Assembly (NCBI RefSeq): GCF_001194135.2
Contig: NC_068988.1
Span: forward strand, 52,042,026-52,106,025
Length of the DNA: 64,000 nucleotides
Origin: Octopus bimaculoides
Lineage: Eukaryota
Direction of reading: 5' to 3'
Shown here: positions 1 to 11,080 of the stretch, piece by piece
How the letters are laid out: each line of letters opens with the position of its first letter
How positions within the stretch are numbered: position 1 is the first letter of the stretch
The notes under the pieces: generated by a model
Seen by the model: the letters and a program-made list of their open reading frames with translations, nothing else
The model's database searches: none
Told to the model about the DNA's origin: nothing
Program-made: the position numbers and the translations under genes

Positions 1-931
1 GCATATGTGGGCACAGGACGTCATAGAACGTGTACAACAAAAAAGTACGAAGCACGAGTACATGGAACATGAACTATTCTTTCGAACAACGAAAGACACA
101 AATGGAAAACAAAACAAACATAAAGAAGACCCTTCATCAGTTGTTAGCTGTTTAGCAATAATATACGCTTTCGACAAAACAGTTGCTCCCGCAAAACAAA
201 TTAAATAAAATTTGGGATTTGGCGGAGAGTCGAAATAGTTAGCACAAAAGGACAGTGAAAATAAACAGGAAGGGCTACTAAGCCTAAACGAGGTTGTGGT
301 GGCGAACGCGTAAATCAAGCTAGGACAGGAGACAAACAAGAACACTCTTACTTGTTCCAGCTACAACGGAGACAAAGAAAGAAAGATGGCCGATGCTCAC
401 GTGGGAGCCACGTGAGCAACGGAAGTGGAGTGAGGGAGTGAGAGTGACAGAGTAATAGGATAGAATAGTGGGAAAAGAGGAGGTAAAAGAATAAAAGAAA
501 AACGAAAGAGTAAAAAGATTGTATTGAGTGCGCATCAGAATTATTAAGATAAAATGTACTTGGAAGAGGATGCGTGGCGGTCAATCATATAATAACACAA
601 ATAATATATATATATGCATATATACATACGTATATGTACATAATTACATCTATACGTAAATATAGATGCATATGTGGGCACAGGACATCATGAAACGTGT
701 ACAACAAAGAAGTACGAAGCACGAGTACATGGAACATGAACTATTCTTTCGAACAACGAAAGACACAAATGGAAAATAAAACAAACATTAACAACGACAC
801 TTCATCAGTTGTTGGCTGTTTTTCTAGTCTCGTATTTCGAGCATTTAACAACAATATACGCTTTCGATAACACAGTTGCTCCCGCAAAGCAAATTAAATA
901 AAGTTTGGGATTTTGCGGAGGGTCAAAATAG
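1..931. repeat. Two diverged direct copies (1-238, 668-931) of an interspersed repeat; related inverted copy at ~15360-15557
   Basis: Shared gcatatgtgggcacaggac...gaaatag block; the second copy has an extra ~28 nt. Confidence 0.85.
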
Positions 932-1184
932 GTAATACAAGCAGGACACACACANNNNNNNNNNNNNNNNNNNNNNNNNNNNNNNNNNNNNNNNNNNNNN
1001 NNNNNNNNNNNNNNNNNNNNNNNNNNNNNNNNNNNNNNNNNNNNNNNNNNNNNNNNNNNNNNNNNNNNNNNNNNNNNNNNNNNNNNNNNNNNNNNNNNNN
1101 NNNNNNNNNNNNNNNNNNNNNNNNNNNNNNNNNNNNNNNNNNNNNNNNNNNNNNNNNNNNNNNNNNNNNNNNNNNNNNNNNNNN

Positions 1185-1224
<40 letters not shown>

Positions 1225-1636
1225 TCGGTCGATCTGAGGCTATAATAGAAGATACTTGCCCATGGTGCCATGCAATGACCCAGGTTTCAGAATCACGTGG
1301 TTACGAAACAAACTGTTTACCTCTTAGTCACACCTGCACTTGCTGTTCCATGTCAGAAATATAATAATGTTTATTTACTCCTGACCACAACATAGGGCGG
1401 TGACCCTAACACTACAATCACGACGCCGTGAGTTGACAAGCTTTTACGTAGAAAAAGTATTTGATTTCTTATTAACATTATTCCTCACACACACACACAT
1501 TTTATTTGCTTTTTTTATAGCGACCTGGCAGAAACGCCAGCACGACAGACTAATGCATGATATATGTGTGCACATACATACGTACATACATACATACATA
1601 CATGCATACATGCATACATACATACATACATACATA

Positions 1637-2370
1637 ACCCACAATATCGTAGAATACTGGTGGAATGTACCAGTGAAGACCTCAATAAAATGTAGGCACA
1701 ACAGACCTGATGTAATGATTTGGGATAGAGAAGAGAAACTGTGCACAGCTGTGGAAATGTGTTGCCCAACGGATGTTAACATAAAGCTGAAGATCAGGGA
1801 AAAAGACAACACCTATACTGAACTATTGAGAAATCTGCAGTAACTCTATCCAAATTACAAGTTCACGTTTATACCTGTAATTATTGGGGCCCTGGGATAT
1901 ATAACACACTGCCTAAATACCAATCTTGAGAAATTAGGCTTCTCAAAACCGAAAGGAGAAAGCTAATTCGAAAACTACAGATCTAATCCATCACTGGAAC
2001 TGTAAAAATCTGTAAAACTTTCCAGAAGTTTATCATTTAAATATATATAAGCATGTTTAGATATGCAACTATATGCATAAGAATACATACATAAAATATA
2101 CAAATTTGCACATACATACATACATACATACATACATACATACATACATACATACATACATGCATGCATGCATGCATACATACATACATGCATGCATACA
2201 TACATACATACATACATACATACATACATACATGCATACATACATACATACATACATACATACATACATACCCTGTTGTTGATGTTGAAATTCCAAAGAA
2301 GGAACCTTGGATCTAGGTTAGAAACCGGTTCTTTCTGTATTGGCCAGAAATCTTGAAATAAACTGAATAA
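1637..2370 (+). mobile_element. 3' end of an RLE-bearing LINE (R4/Dong-like), pseudogenised
   Basis: WNVPVKT..HNRPDVMIWD..EKLCTAVEMCCP..Y...IPVIIGALG restriction-like endonuclease motif with an in-frame stop; 3' region carries (CATA)n. Confidence 0.8.
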
Positions 2371-2789
2371 TCACTTACATTCAGACATCATTGAAGCAGC
2401 AAAAGAACACCAAGTGTCCTTACACTTTAATGGCATTGACTTTTAAACTACTTGCATCAGATGGTGACTGTAATAGTTGTAGGCCCCCGAGGTAGTGCAC
2501 ATTATAGAGGCACTACTAACTCTTTAACATTTAAATTACCCCGTCAAATGTAATGCTTATTTAATCACATTGTTTTGAATTAATCATGCATGATATTGTA
2601 GCTCGAAGTTTTCGATGATACCGTTGTTTATTTTTAGAATGATATTGGAGGGTAGGTGTGAAAAGCTGGACCTGGCGGATGTGAACGCAAAGTAATTAGA
2701 ATATTTGGGCTTGATAAAGCTGATTTAAATGCTAAAGGTTTAAGCAATACCAAGTGTGTCATGGTCATAGATGGTTTGCTAGCGGATGG

Positions 2790-2970
2790 ATTGTTTTGAA
2801 TATCTAACTCAGAGACATGATCACATGCATGCTATCCATTATCCTCTTCAACACCATCTTGGAATTTGTCATGAAAAAATTTAAAAAAAACAGATAAAAG
2901 TCTGACATTTATTGACGACCCCCTATAGACGTTAGGTATGTTGATGATGCAATCCTGATCTTTTACAAAT
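2790..2970 (+). mobile_element. RTE-like reverse transcriptase fragment
   Basis: Degenerate CMLSIILFNTILEFVM...VRYVDD. Confidence 0.55.
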
Positions 2971-3993
2971 TAAAAATATCCACTAAATAGGTAGACGAGG
3001 CATGTAAAAATGGAGCTTGAAAATATGGCACAAAGGTAAGATCACTTCACCACCAAGTAAAGAAATAATTGCTGGCACAGAGCCAGCAATTTTGAGGGGA
3101 GAGGGCAAAACGTTTACATCAACCTCAATACATAACTCGTACTTCATTTATCGACCCGGAGAGGATGAAAGATAAAGTCGACCTCGGCTGAATTGAATTC
3201 AGCACGTAATAAGTCGGAAGAAATACTGCAGAACATTTTGTCCAACGTTCAAATGATTCTGCCAGTTCACCGCCGTACTTTGCAAAGAGATAATAATAAA
3301 TAGCATAGTGTTTGTGAAGTCTGTAAAGTACTTACAGAAAATTAAAAATCACAGTCTAGAATAGGCAGAATTTAAGACAAAAGCTAAAAGTTAGACTGTA
3401 AGATACCCTTATTTTTCCTCTTTGCAATCTACAATACAGTCATAAGACGTATTGGAATACTATATTTGAAGACTATACTAAATATATCATTACGAACTGC
3501 TTCCAGAAGTAAAGCTTTTCACTTGGCATACACCGTTACTGAAAGCCTCACATAGAAGAGAGTGAAATAGTTTGATCGTGTAATAAGACTGACAAACAAT
3601 ATGTTCTGGCAAGACTTCGAAAATTCTGGATCAAGTGGTGGGCCGCCATGCTGTTAAGCCAACCCAGCTTGGTTAACGTGTTTTAGCTGAAATGATTAAG
3701 CTAATATGCAAATTAGTTCAGCCATTTAAGTTAAAAGCTAGGCTGCAGTGATTTAAAATAGCAGTTGATCTGAAAAGTACGCTTTGTAAGTAGAAGAATG
3801 AGACGGTGTTTGTAACAATTCAGCTATAAAATATGTCAGGTCAATATCCTTATTTATGTGGAGCAAATAGAGTCGCAAGATGAATTTATATTTGTTTTAT
3901 GTTCAACACAGCACGTGTTGCGAACTGGAGGCTAACTACATTAAAATCACTTTTGATTTTTAACTGCATGCTATCTGTGCATAAAAACATTAC

Positions 3994-4026
<33 letters not shown>

Positions 4027-4072
4027 CACATACATACATATGATATTTTGATAAAAAAAATTTTTTTCATTA

Positions 4073-4385
4073 TAAGTTTCAGCTCGAGAGGTGCGGCCAT
4101 GCTGGGGCACCGCCGTTGGCTTTGCTACACTTCCACTAAACCTAGGTGAATTAGGAAGTTTGATATTGCTGCCCTCATCTGTTTCTTGCCGCGATGTTGG
4201 TTCAACCGGAACTCTTGACAGTAGGAGACCTAGATTTGTTTTGAAGACGCCTACATCCACTCCATGTAGGTCTCTCAGGCTTTGTGAGAGGATATTGAAG
4301 AGCTGTGGACCCTTGAATCCAAGCTGTTGCAGTATCTGGTCCTGTATCCTGATGAGAATATTGGGATTTTTGGTACTATGCAAAC
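4073..4385 (-). mobile_element. CR1/L2-group LINE 3' fragment
   Basis: LGFKGPQLFNIL...DLHGVDVGVFKTNL.LLLSRVP; same family and 3' tail as 52324-53715. Confidence 0.8.
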
Positions 4386-4467
4386 ATTTTTCTTTCTTTT
4401 GTCTATGAAAATGCTCTCAAAACATTTCATTTTGCTTTTAAATATAAATTTACTCTTAACCATTTTA

Positions 4468-4527
<60 letters not shown>

Positions 4528-4532
4528 ATATA

Positions 4533-5382
4533 CGGGGTGTGGTGAATAAACTGTCGTCTAAATTACGCAAAAATGAAAATAATACTGACATCTCATTTTA
4601 ACAGATATATTTACCAAAATTACATAAAAATATCCTGAAATACTGGAGAGTAAATTTATTCAATAAAATCGCCATTGGATTCAACTTCGGAATCTTCTGC
4701 AACTCTAATGGACGGTCTCCTTGTTTAAGTTGGTGAATGCTGCCATAATCCTTGCCTTCAGTTCATCTTTGGTGTTACAAAGAGTTTTGTAGGTCTCTCG
4801 CTCAACTGCACCCTACACATAATAACCAAGAGGGTTGCAGTCGGAGGAGTTAGGTGGTCAGATGTTAGGAGTGATGTGGTCGAAAAAATTGTCTGACAGC
4901 CATGACTGGGTTCTCTGGCTTGTGTAGCATGATACATAATCCTAGACATAGGATCTTCCAGCAGCCACCCTCTTGACCCAGGACAGCACTACCTCCTCCA
5001 GGCACTTGATGTAGGCCTCCGTGTCGAGTCTGAGGCCGTGCTGGAAGATAAATGGTGGCATAACGTCGTCATCACTAGTGATCACTCCAAACACTATGAT
5101 GTTAACTGGATGTTTAATTTTTATCGCTCTTGGTACATGTCTTCAGATTGACACCCAAACACTCTGAAATGTTCGTATTGAACCTCCAGTACGAATGCCA
5201 AACAGTACAGCATGTCGTTTCCAAATTTCTGGCTGAGTGAATTATGTCATGGTGCTGCTTTTCTCACAGACGCTGCCCAACTGACCCTTCTATACTGTGT
5301 AGTCGACCAAATCAAAAACAAACAATGCGCATGCACGAAATAAAAAAATATAAAATGGCGACAGTTTACCCATCGCACCCTG
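4533..5382 (-). mobile_element. Internally deleted Tc1/mariner element (maT/DD37D-like)
   Basis: ~28-bp imperfect TIRs (cggggtgtggtgaataaactgtcg / cagggtgcgatgggtaaactgtcg); decayed HPVNIIVFGVI..PPFIF..PPNSSDCNPL.YYV.G. Catalytic spacing not readable. Confidence 0.8.
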
Positions 5383-5820
5383 CATCTTTGTGTACACTCG
5401 CGCGCGCACACACACACACACACGCATAATCTTTTGTTTCAGTCACACAACTGCGACCATGGTCTTGAAAGATTTAGTCAAAACAGTGACCTCAGTACTT
5501 TTTTTAAAACCCTGGTGTTAATTCACGGAGACGTAAAGAAACCAATACCAGTTGCCAAGCGGTGATGATANNNNNNNNNNNNNNNNNNNNNNNNNNNNNN
5601 NNNNNNNNNNNNNNNNNNNNNNNNNNNNNNNNNNNNNNNNNNNNNNNNNNNNNNNNNNNNNNNNNNNNNNNNNNNNNNGGAGGGTATTGGATTTAACCAA
5701 ACCCCGGAGGATACAGGTAATACCGAGTAAGTGCTCTTTTTTCAGCACATCACACTCTGTACCACTTCATACTAAAAATATCCGCCTATGGATATAGTAA
5801 TAGATTACTTGATTTTTTCT

Positions 5821-5869
5821 GTCTCCGATGAAGGGAAGTACTGGATCTTCCCAGAAACAGCTGTAAGAC
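5821..5869 (+). ncRNA. Minimal type I hammerhead ribozyme motif with a mutated core (Penelope-type)
   Basis: Stem I GTCT/AGAC; core CCGATGA (U4 to C); stem II GGGAAG/CTTCCC; GAAAC-AGCT-GTA with palindromic stem III ACAGCTGT. Confidence 0.7.
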
Positions 5870-5984
5870 TCTATCCATAAAATTCTTCAACCTTACCTTT
5901 GCTCTCTTTATCTTTTTGTTTTTATATATTTACATATATATATATACATAAAACTTAGATAACTTAGATTGGTTTCGGCCATTA

Positions 5985-6370
5985 TCGGCCCAAGCCATGA
6001 CTAATTCAATAGCACCATCTGGGAAAGTCTTTTAGTTAATTATTTCGGGACACCATGGACCACTCAAGCAGAGAGTTGTTGTTGGTTGGGACGTATCCAG
6101 GTGTAGGTGGTTTATCTGGTATTTCCTGGAGGAATTTGTCCAGGTACTGTTTGAAAGGTGTAGGATCTTTTCCTACTTTAATTTCTTTCGGGATAACATT
6201 GAAAAGTGCAGGACCATTTGCAGTGAAGAAATTGTGTTGCAATGTTCTTATGTGATGTGATCTCGACCTTTGAAATGGATGCATTGCACGGGGGCCTAGT
6301 CTTGAGTGAATTGTAAACTTAATACCAATATCATTTGGATAATATTGGTGGAATATTTTCCACATGGTGC
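5985..6370 (-). mobile_element. CR1/L2-group LINE 3' fragment (second family)
   Basis: WKIFHQYYPN...NFFTANGPALFNVIPKEIK...FKQYLDKFLQEIPDKP. Confidence 0.8.
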
Positions 6371-6719
6371 AAATGATGTATCACTCACAGTGGTGTTGCA
6401 CACGACGGGTTTATTTCAGTTTCCTCCATCAAATCTACTCACAAGGCTTTTGTCGGCCCGAGGCAATAGAAGACACTTGCCCAAGGCGTCACGCAGTGGG
6501 ATTGAATACGGAACCATGTGGTTGAGAAACAAACTTCTGATTATCTTGTTTAAATTACTGATAGTTAATTTTCCATTTTCTATCTGGCGCTTTAACTAGA
6601 TTGATATGAGGATGTTCATAGGTGAAGAATATTTCTTTTTGATAATAGCAATACAATATATCTTGACTAAGATGCTTACCTTTTATTAACCAAATCAATG
6701 TAATTTTGTTCAGTTCCAG

Positions 6720-8495
6720 TGTACCAGGTTGAAATTCCGCTCTCCCCTAAAATTTCCCCTTGGGAAAGTTTTGCGCAGAACATTTTTCCCTCGGGAGGGA
6801 AGTTCTACATAGATTATTTTCCCCACTTCTTAGCGCAATTTCCTCCTTTCAGAATTAATTAATTATAGTTTAATTGGTAATGAAGAGTAAGCTAATGGAA
6901 TACAAAATTCATCCAAGACAAATTTTCCAAATTATCTAATTACCATCCGAGATGGTGTCAAAAACATATGAAATCTTTTATTTGTACCTGGGTGAAAGCA
7001 GGTATCCAGAAGGATTATCAAAAGGGTAGAAAAGAGACGTACGGAAAAAGGGTGAACTGTTTCACGTGCAAGATGGTATTTTAATGCACAAACTTACGGA
7101 TGGAGATAAAATGAATTATCGTCAAGTACTTAAGATAGATCATGCACAAAGAGTTATAAAAGCATGATGGTTTAGGAGGAGCACATCTTGGAAGGGACAA
7201 GACCATTTCAAAAATAAGTGCAAAATATTTTTGGAAAGGCATACATGATGACATTACCAAATACCTATCCAGACGTAACAAATGGCAAAAATCAAGTAAT
7301 AAACCATTCATACAAGCACGTGAACTACATCCTATTCCAGTTCCCGAAAAATTCTGGAGTCAAGCTAGAATGGACCTTATCGATCGATTACCAAAGACGC
7401 CGAGAGGTAACACCTATATTGCTGCAATAGCTGATTATTTCACCAAGTATCTTGTTGCGATTCCCATTCCAGAAAATCAGTAGCTGATGTAGCCAGCTTT
7501 TCTTCTAGATGCCATATGTGATTTTGGTTGTATGGAGACCCTCATCACAAATCAAGGCAGAGTGTTCGTCAATGAACTGAATTCCATTCTTTGTGAGACG
7601 CTGGATATCAACCATTCTTTGTGAGAGGCTGGATACCATCCTCAGACAAATAGATTACAGGTAGCATTAATTACGTTTGTTTGTATTCCTGAACCCTTGT
7701 TAATTTTATTACCTGAAGATTGACGCAAAGTTATAAAAGTATACGCGGAAGCACTGAAAAGTTCCTGGCTTTGGGTAAATGAAAATACTGTAGGATCAGT
7801 TAAGTATGATTTTATTTAACATACTCCTCTCTCAGATTCATACACTTACTGCAGCAGTCGTTCAGCTTTTCTAAGCCTGTAAAGGAACTCAGAAGGTTGG
7901 GCCTCCAGCCAGGCCTTTCGCGATACCCTTATAACCAGGAACTTTTCAGCAACCCCTCGTATATTCAACTACATTACTGTATTATTGACCTTATTATGTT
8001 ATTTATATCTCACATGTTATTTATATCTATTTGTAGGAAAAATTCAACGAAACTCTAGAAAGGGTTTTGATAAAGTGGCTGTGAGAATCAAGATGACTGG
8101 GACCTGCACGTCAAACCAATTTTTTTCGGATACGGAACATCGGTTCATGCCAGAAACTACTTTTAGTGCAATATTTAGAAGATAACCTGTATTACTAGTT
8201 TATCTTGACATTAGCCCAGACAAAGAAAGTCAGACAGAGGAAAAACAGACGTCACTGTTAGGGAATTAACTGGGCAAAGAACAGAGGCCAAGAATGATGC
8301 AGAATCAAAAGTGATGGAAAATATATCCAAAGCTCAGAGCAGACAGAAGAAAGATTATGATTGGAGACACAGTGCCAATGAATCAAATATTACAGTTAAA
8401 TCGCTGGTGTTGCTGAAAAATAATAGATGCGAGGAAAATCATAGATGGGAGGAAAATTGGAGCAGAAATGGCTTGGACCTTACAAAGTTGCTTCC
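6720..8495 (+). mobile_element. Ginger/GIN-type Gypsy-like integrase relic containing a spliceosomal intron
   Basis: ATG 6952: YL..SRYPEGLSK..KRDVRK; AHLGRDKT..YFWKG; MDLI..IADYFTK; TNQGRVF; YHPQT|intron|EKFNETL; DDWD; KWLGPYKV (GPY/F). Multiple stops and frameshifts; no RT or LTR nearby; possible TGT-starting terminus at 6720. Confidence 0.8.
7744..7959. mobile_element. Mariner-type MITE inside the Ginger intron
   Basis: TA-flanked TIRs ..ctgaaaagttcctgg / ccaggaacttttcagcaacccctcg. Confidence 0.8.
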
Positions 8496-8775
8496 CTGTT
8501 TGTTTTACATAATATAGATATTATTCTATAGATATTTTATAAATATGATCCAGCTGAAGCTGTATTCTCAGATGTCGTCAGGTGAGTAGTTTTGAGAGCA
8601 ATGCTGCATCACCTATAGCTTCCCATTGTTTTCTATCCCTTCTTCTATTTTTCGCATTCCTTTGATAAAGAGCAACACGTCGATTGAAATAGACAGAAGT
8701 CGTTAAAAAATACCGAATAAATTTTTGGAGACAAAAATCTAAAAACGTAAATTATAAAATAAATACTTATGATAC

Positions 8776-8824
<49 letters not shown>

Positions 8825-8981
8825 CGTGTGTATGCATGCATGCATGTATAACACATACATACACACACATACGTGTGTGTGTGTATGTGTGTGTGTGTGT
8901 GTGTATTTCAATTAATTAAATGTCAATTATACTTTAGGTTTTCTCTCTGTCTGACATCTATTTGTCTGTCCGCTCTTCAAG

Positions 8982-9062
<81 letters not shown>

Positions 9063-10022
9063 GTCTGTCTGTCTATCTATCTAGCTGTGCGTCTGTCACT
9101 CCGTTTGGTTGAACGCCTTAAAAAGACAATACGCTAAATGTCAACAGGAAGAACGTATTATGTGTTTATATAATCCTTTGTGTGTATGTGTGTGTTTGCG
9201 CGCGTGCGCGTTGTGTGTATGTGTACCTCTATTGCATATCTAGTTTTTATATATTAACATATCGGAATGTGTGTAGGAGTGCATGTATGTATGTATGTAT
9301 GTATGTATGTATGTATGTATGTATGTATATATGTATGTTTGTATATAAAAACTAGATANNNNNNNNNNNNNNNNNNNNNNNNNNNNNNNNNNNNNNNNNN
9401 NNNNNNNNNNNNNNNNNNNNNNNNNNNNNNNNNNNNNNNNNNNNNNNNNNNNNNATATATATATATATATACATATATATGTGTATGTGCGTGCACAATA
9501 TACTGCACATAATTAATGTATGCTTTGGCACATGTTTGTATCTATGCATTTATGTATGTGTACGTACATACTTGAATATAAATGTGTATGTAAGAGGGGT
9601 ATATAACTTGGAGGAGTGAAATATGTAGAATCGCCAATACCGTTGCAGGTCCAGTGAAACTGATAGAAGAAAGAAGGGCAGAAACCTCATCTCATGTGTT
9701 ATTCTTGGATCATGGTTCGAGTCCAGGAAAAAAGTCACAGGCAAAAGAGTTACGAGAAAAATACTGGAAAACTACAAGGCAATGGCAGGGTTATTCGTCT
9801 TAATCATCAACATTAAAAATATTAAATATACATGTAATACCATGATGGTGCTTCTAATATGTACATGCCAGTTATTGTCAATAAATGACTGACTTTCTTT
9901 TGTTTCATTGTCTTACTTTGCTTATGAAACTAAATAAAATGCTGTCTATTTTATACGTGTATAATACCACCATATACAAATTGTGTACAAGTCATACACT
10001 GTCAGTTAAATGATCTAAAATA

Positions 10023-10239
10023 TGAAGTGTTGCTGAAGAGTTCCTAGCATTAAGGATATCACAAAGGGCCCGGTTGAAGGCCCAAACTTCTGAGTTGTTT
10101 TACTGAGCTTAGAAAAACTGAAGGACCGCTGCAATAAGTATGTGGATTTGAGAAGGGAATATGTTTTATAAAGTCATAATTAACTGATCTTCTTGTATTT
10201 TCTTTTACCCAAAGTTAGGAACTTTTCAGCACAACCTCG
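10023..10239. mobile_element. Mariner-type MITE, same TIR family as 7744-7959
   Basis: tgttgctgaagagttccta / taggaacttttcagcacaacctcg, TA flanks. Confidence 0.7.
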
Positions 10240-10681
10240 TATTTTTTATTTTTTATTTTATTTCATTTTTTATTTTATTACTTTAATTGTTTATAGTATT
10301 CAAGCAAAAAATTTGTCCTTTTTCTTTTGACTTTTTTCCAAGCAAAGATTACGACTTCTTTGTTACTTTTTCCTCTTGGACACCGTGAACACACTTCCAC
10401 AAGTCTACGCGAATGCTCTTTTGTAGACATATACATACATCACACACAGCTGCATCCTCGTTACACGAGTAAAGCCATTGGCAACAATCATGAACCATTT
10501 CAGTAAGTCATCTTGGCAATGGCTTTACTCAAAAACAGCTGCTCCCATAAATTCTAGAATAAAATTTAAGATTTATGGAGACTCAAAGCTAGAAACATAA
10601 AAATGACAGTAGAGACATACAAGGAAACAAACAATGGAGGGTCGTTAGACCAGAACAGGTGAAAAATAGTTAGCGGCAATA

Positions 10682-11069
10682 TGTTGTTGTTGGTACTCCG
10701 TCGCTTACGACGTCGAGGGTTCCAGTTGATCCGATCAACGGAACAGCCTGCTCGTGAAATTAACGTGCAACTGGCTGAGCACTCCACAGACACGTGTACC
10801 CTCAACGTAGTTATCGGGGATATTCAGCGTGACACAGTGTAATAAGGCTGACCCTTTGAATTACAGGCACAACAGAAGCAGGAAGTAAGAGTGAGAGAAA
10901 GTTGTGGCGAAAGAGTACAACAGGGTTCGCTACCATCCCCTACCGGAGCCTCGTGGAGCTTTAGGTGTTTTCGCTTAATAAACACTCACAACGCCCGGTC
11001 TGGGAATCGAAACGGCGATCTTATGACCGCGAGTCCGCTGCACTAACCACTGGGCCATTGCGCCTCCAC
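10682..11069 (-). mobile_element. tRNA-headed SINE, family B
   Basis: gtggaggcgcaatggcccagtggttag head with A/B boxes and (CAA)n tail; near-identical copies at 24175-24477(+), 61253-61624(-), 63875-64000(+). Confidence 0.9.
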
Positions 11070-11080
11070 AAGCGGCAATA

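Noticed and set aside
8532-8590. Possible small exon ending CAG|gtgagt after the Ginger relic
   Set aside because: No recognisable homology or partner exon; cannot be supported.
10512-10533. Resemblance of CTTGGCAATGG to the miR-182/96 5' end
   Set aside because: It lies on the 3' arm rather than 5p and the match is short; likely chance.
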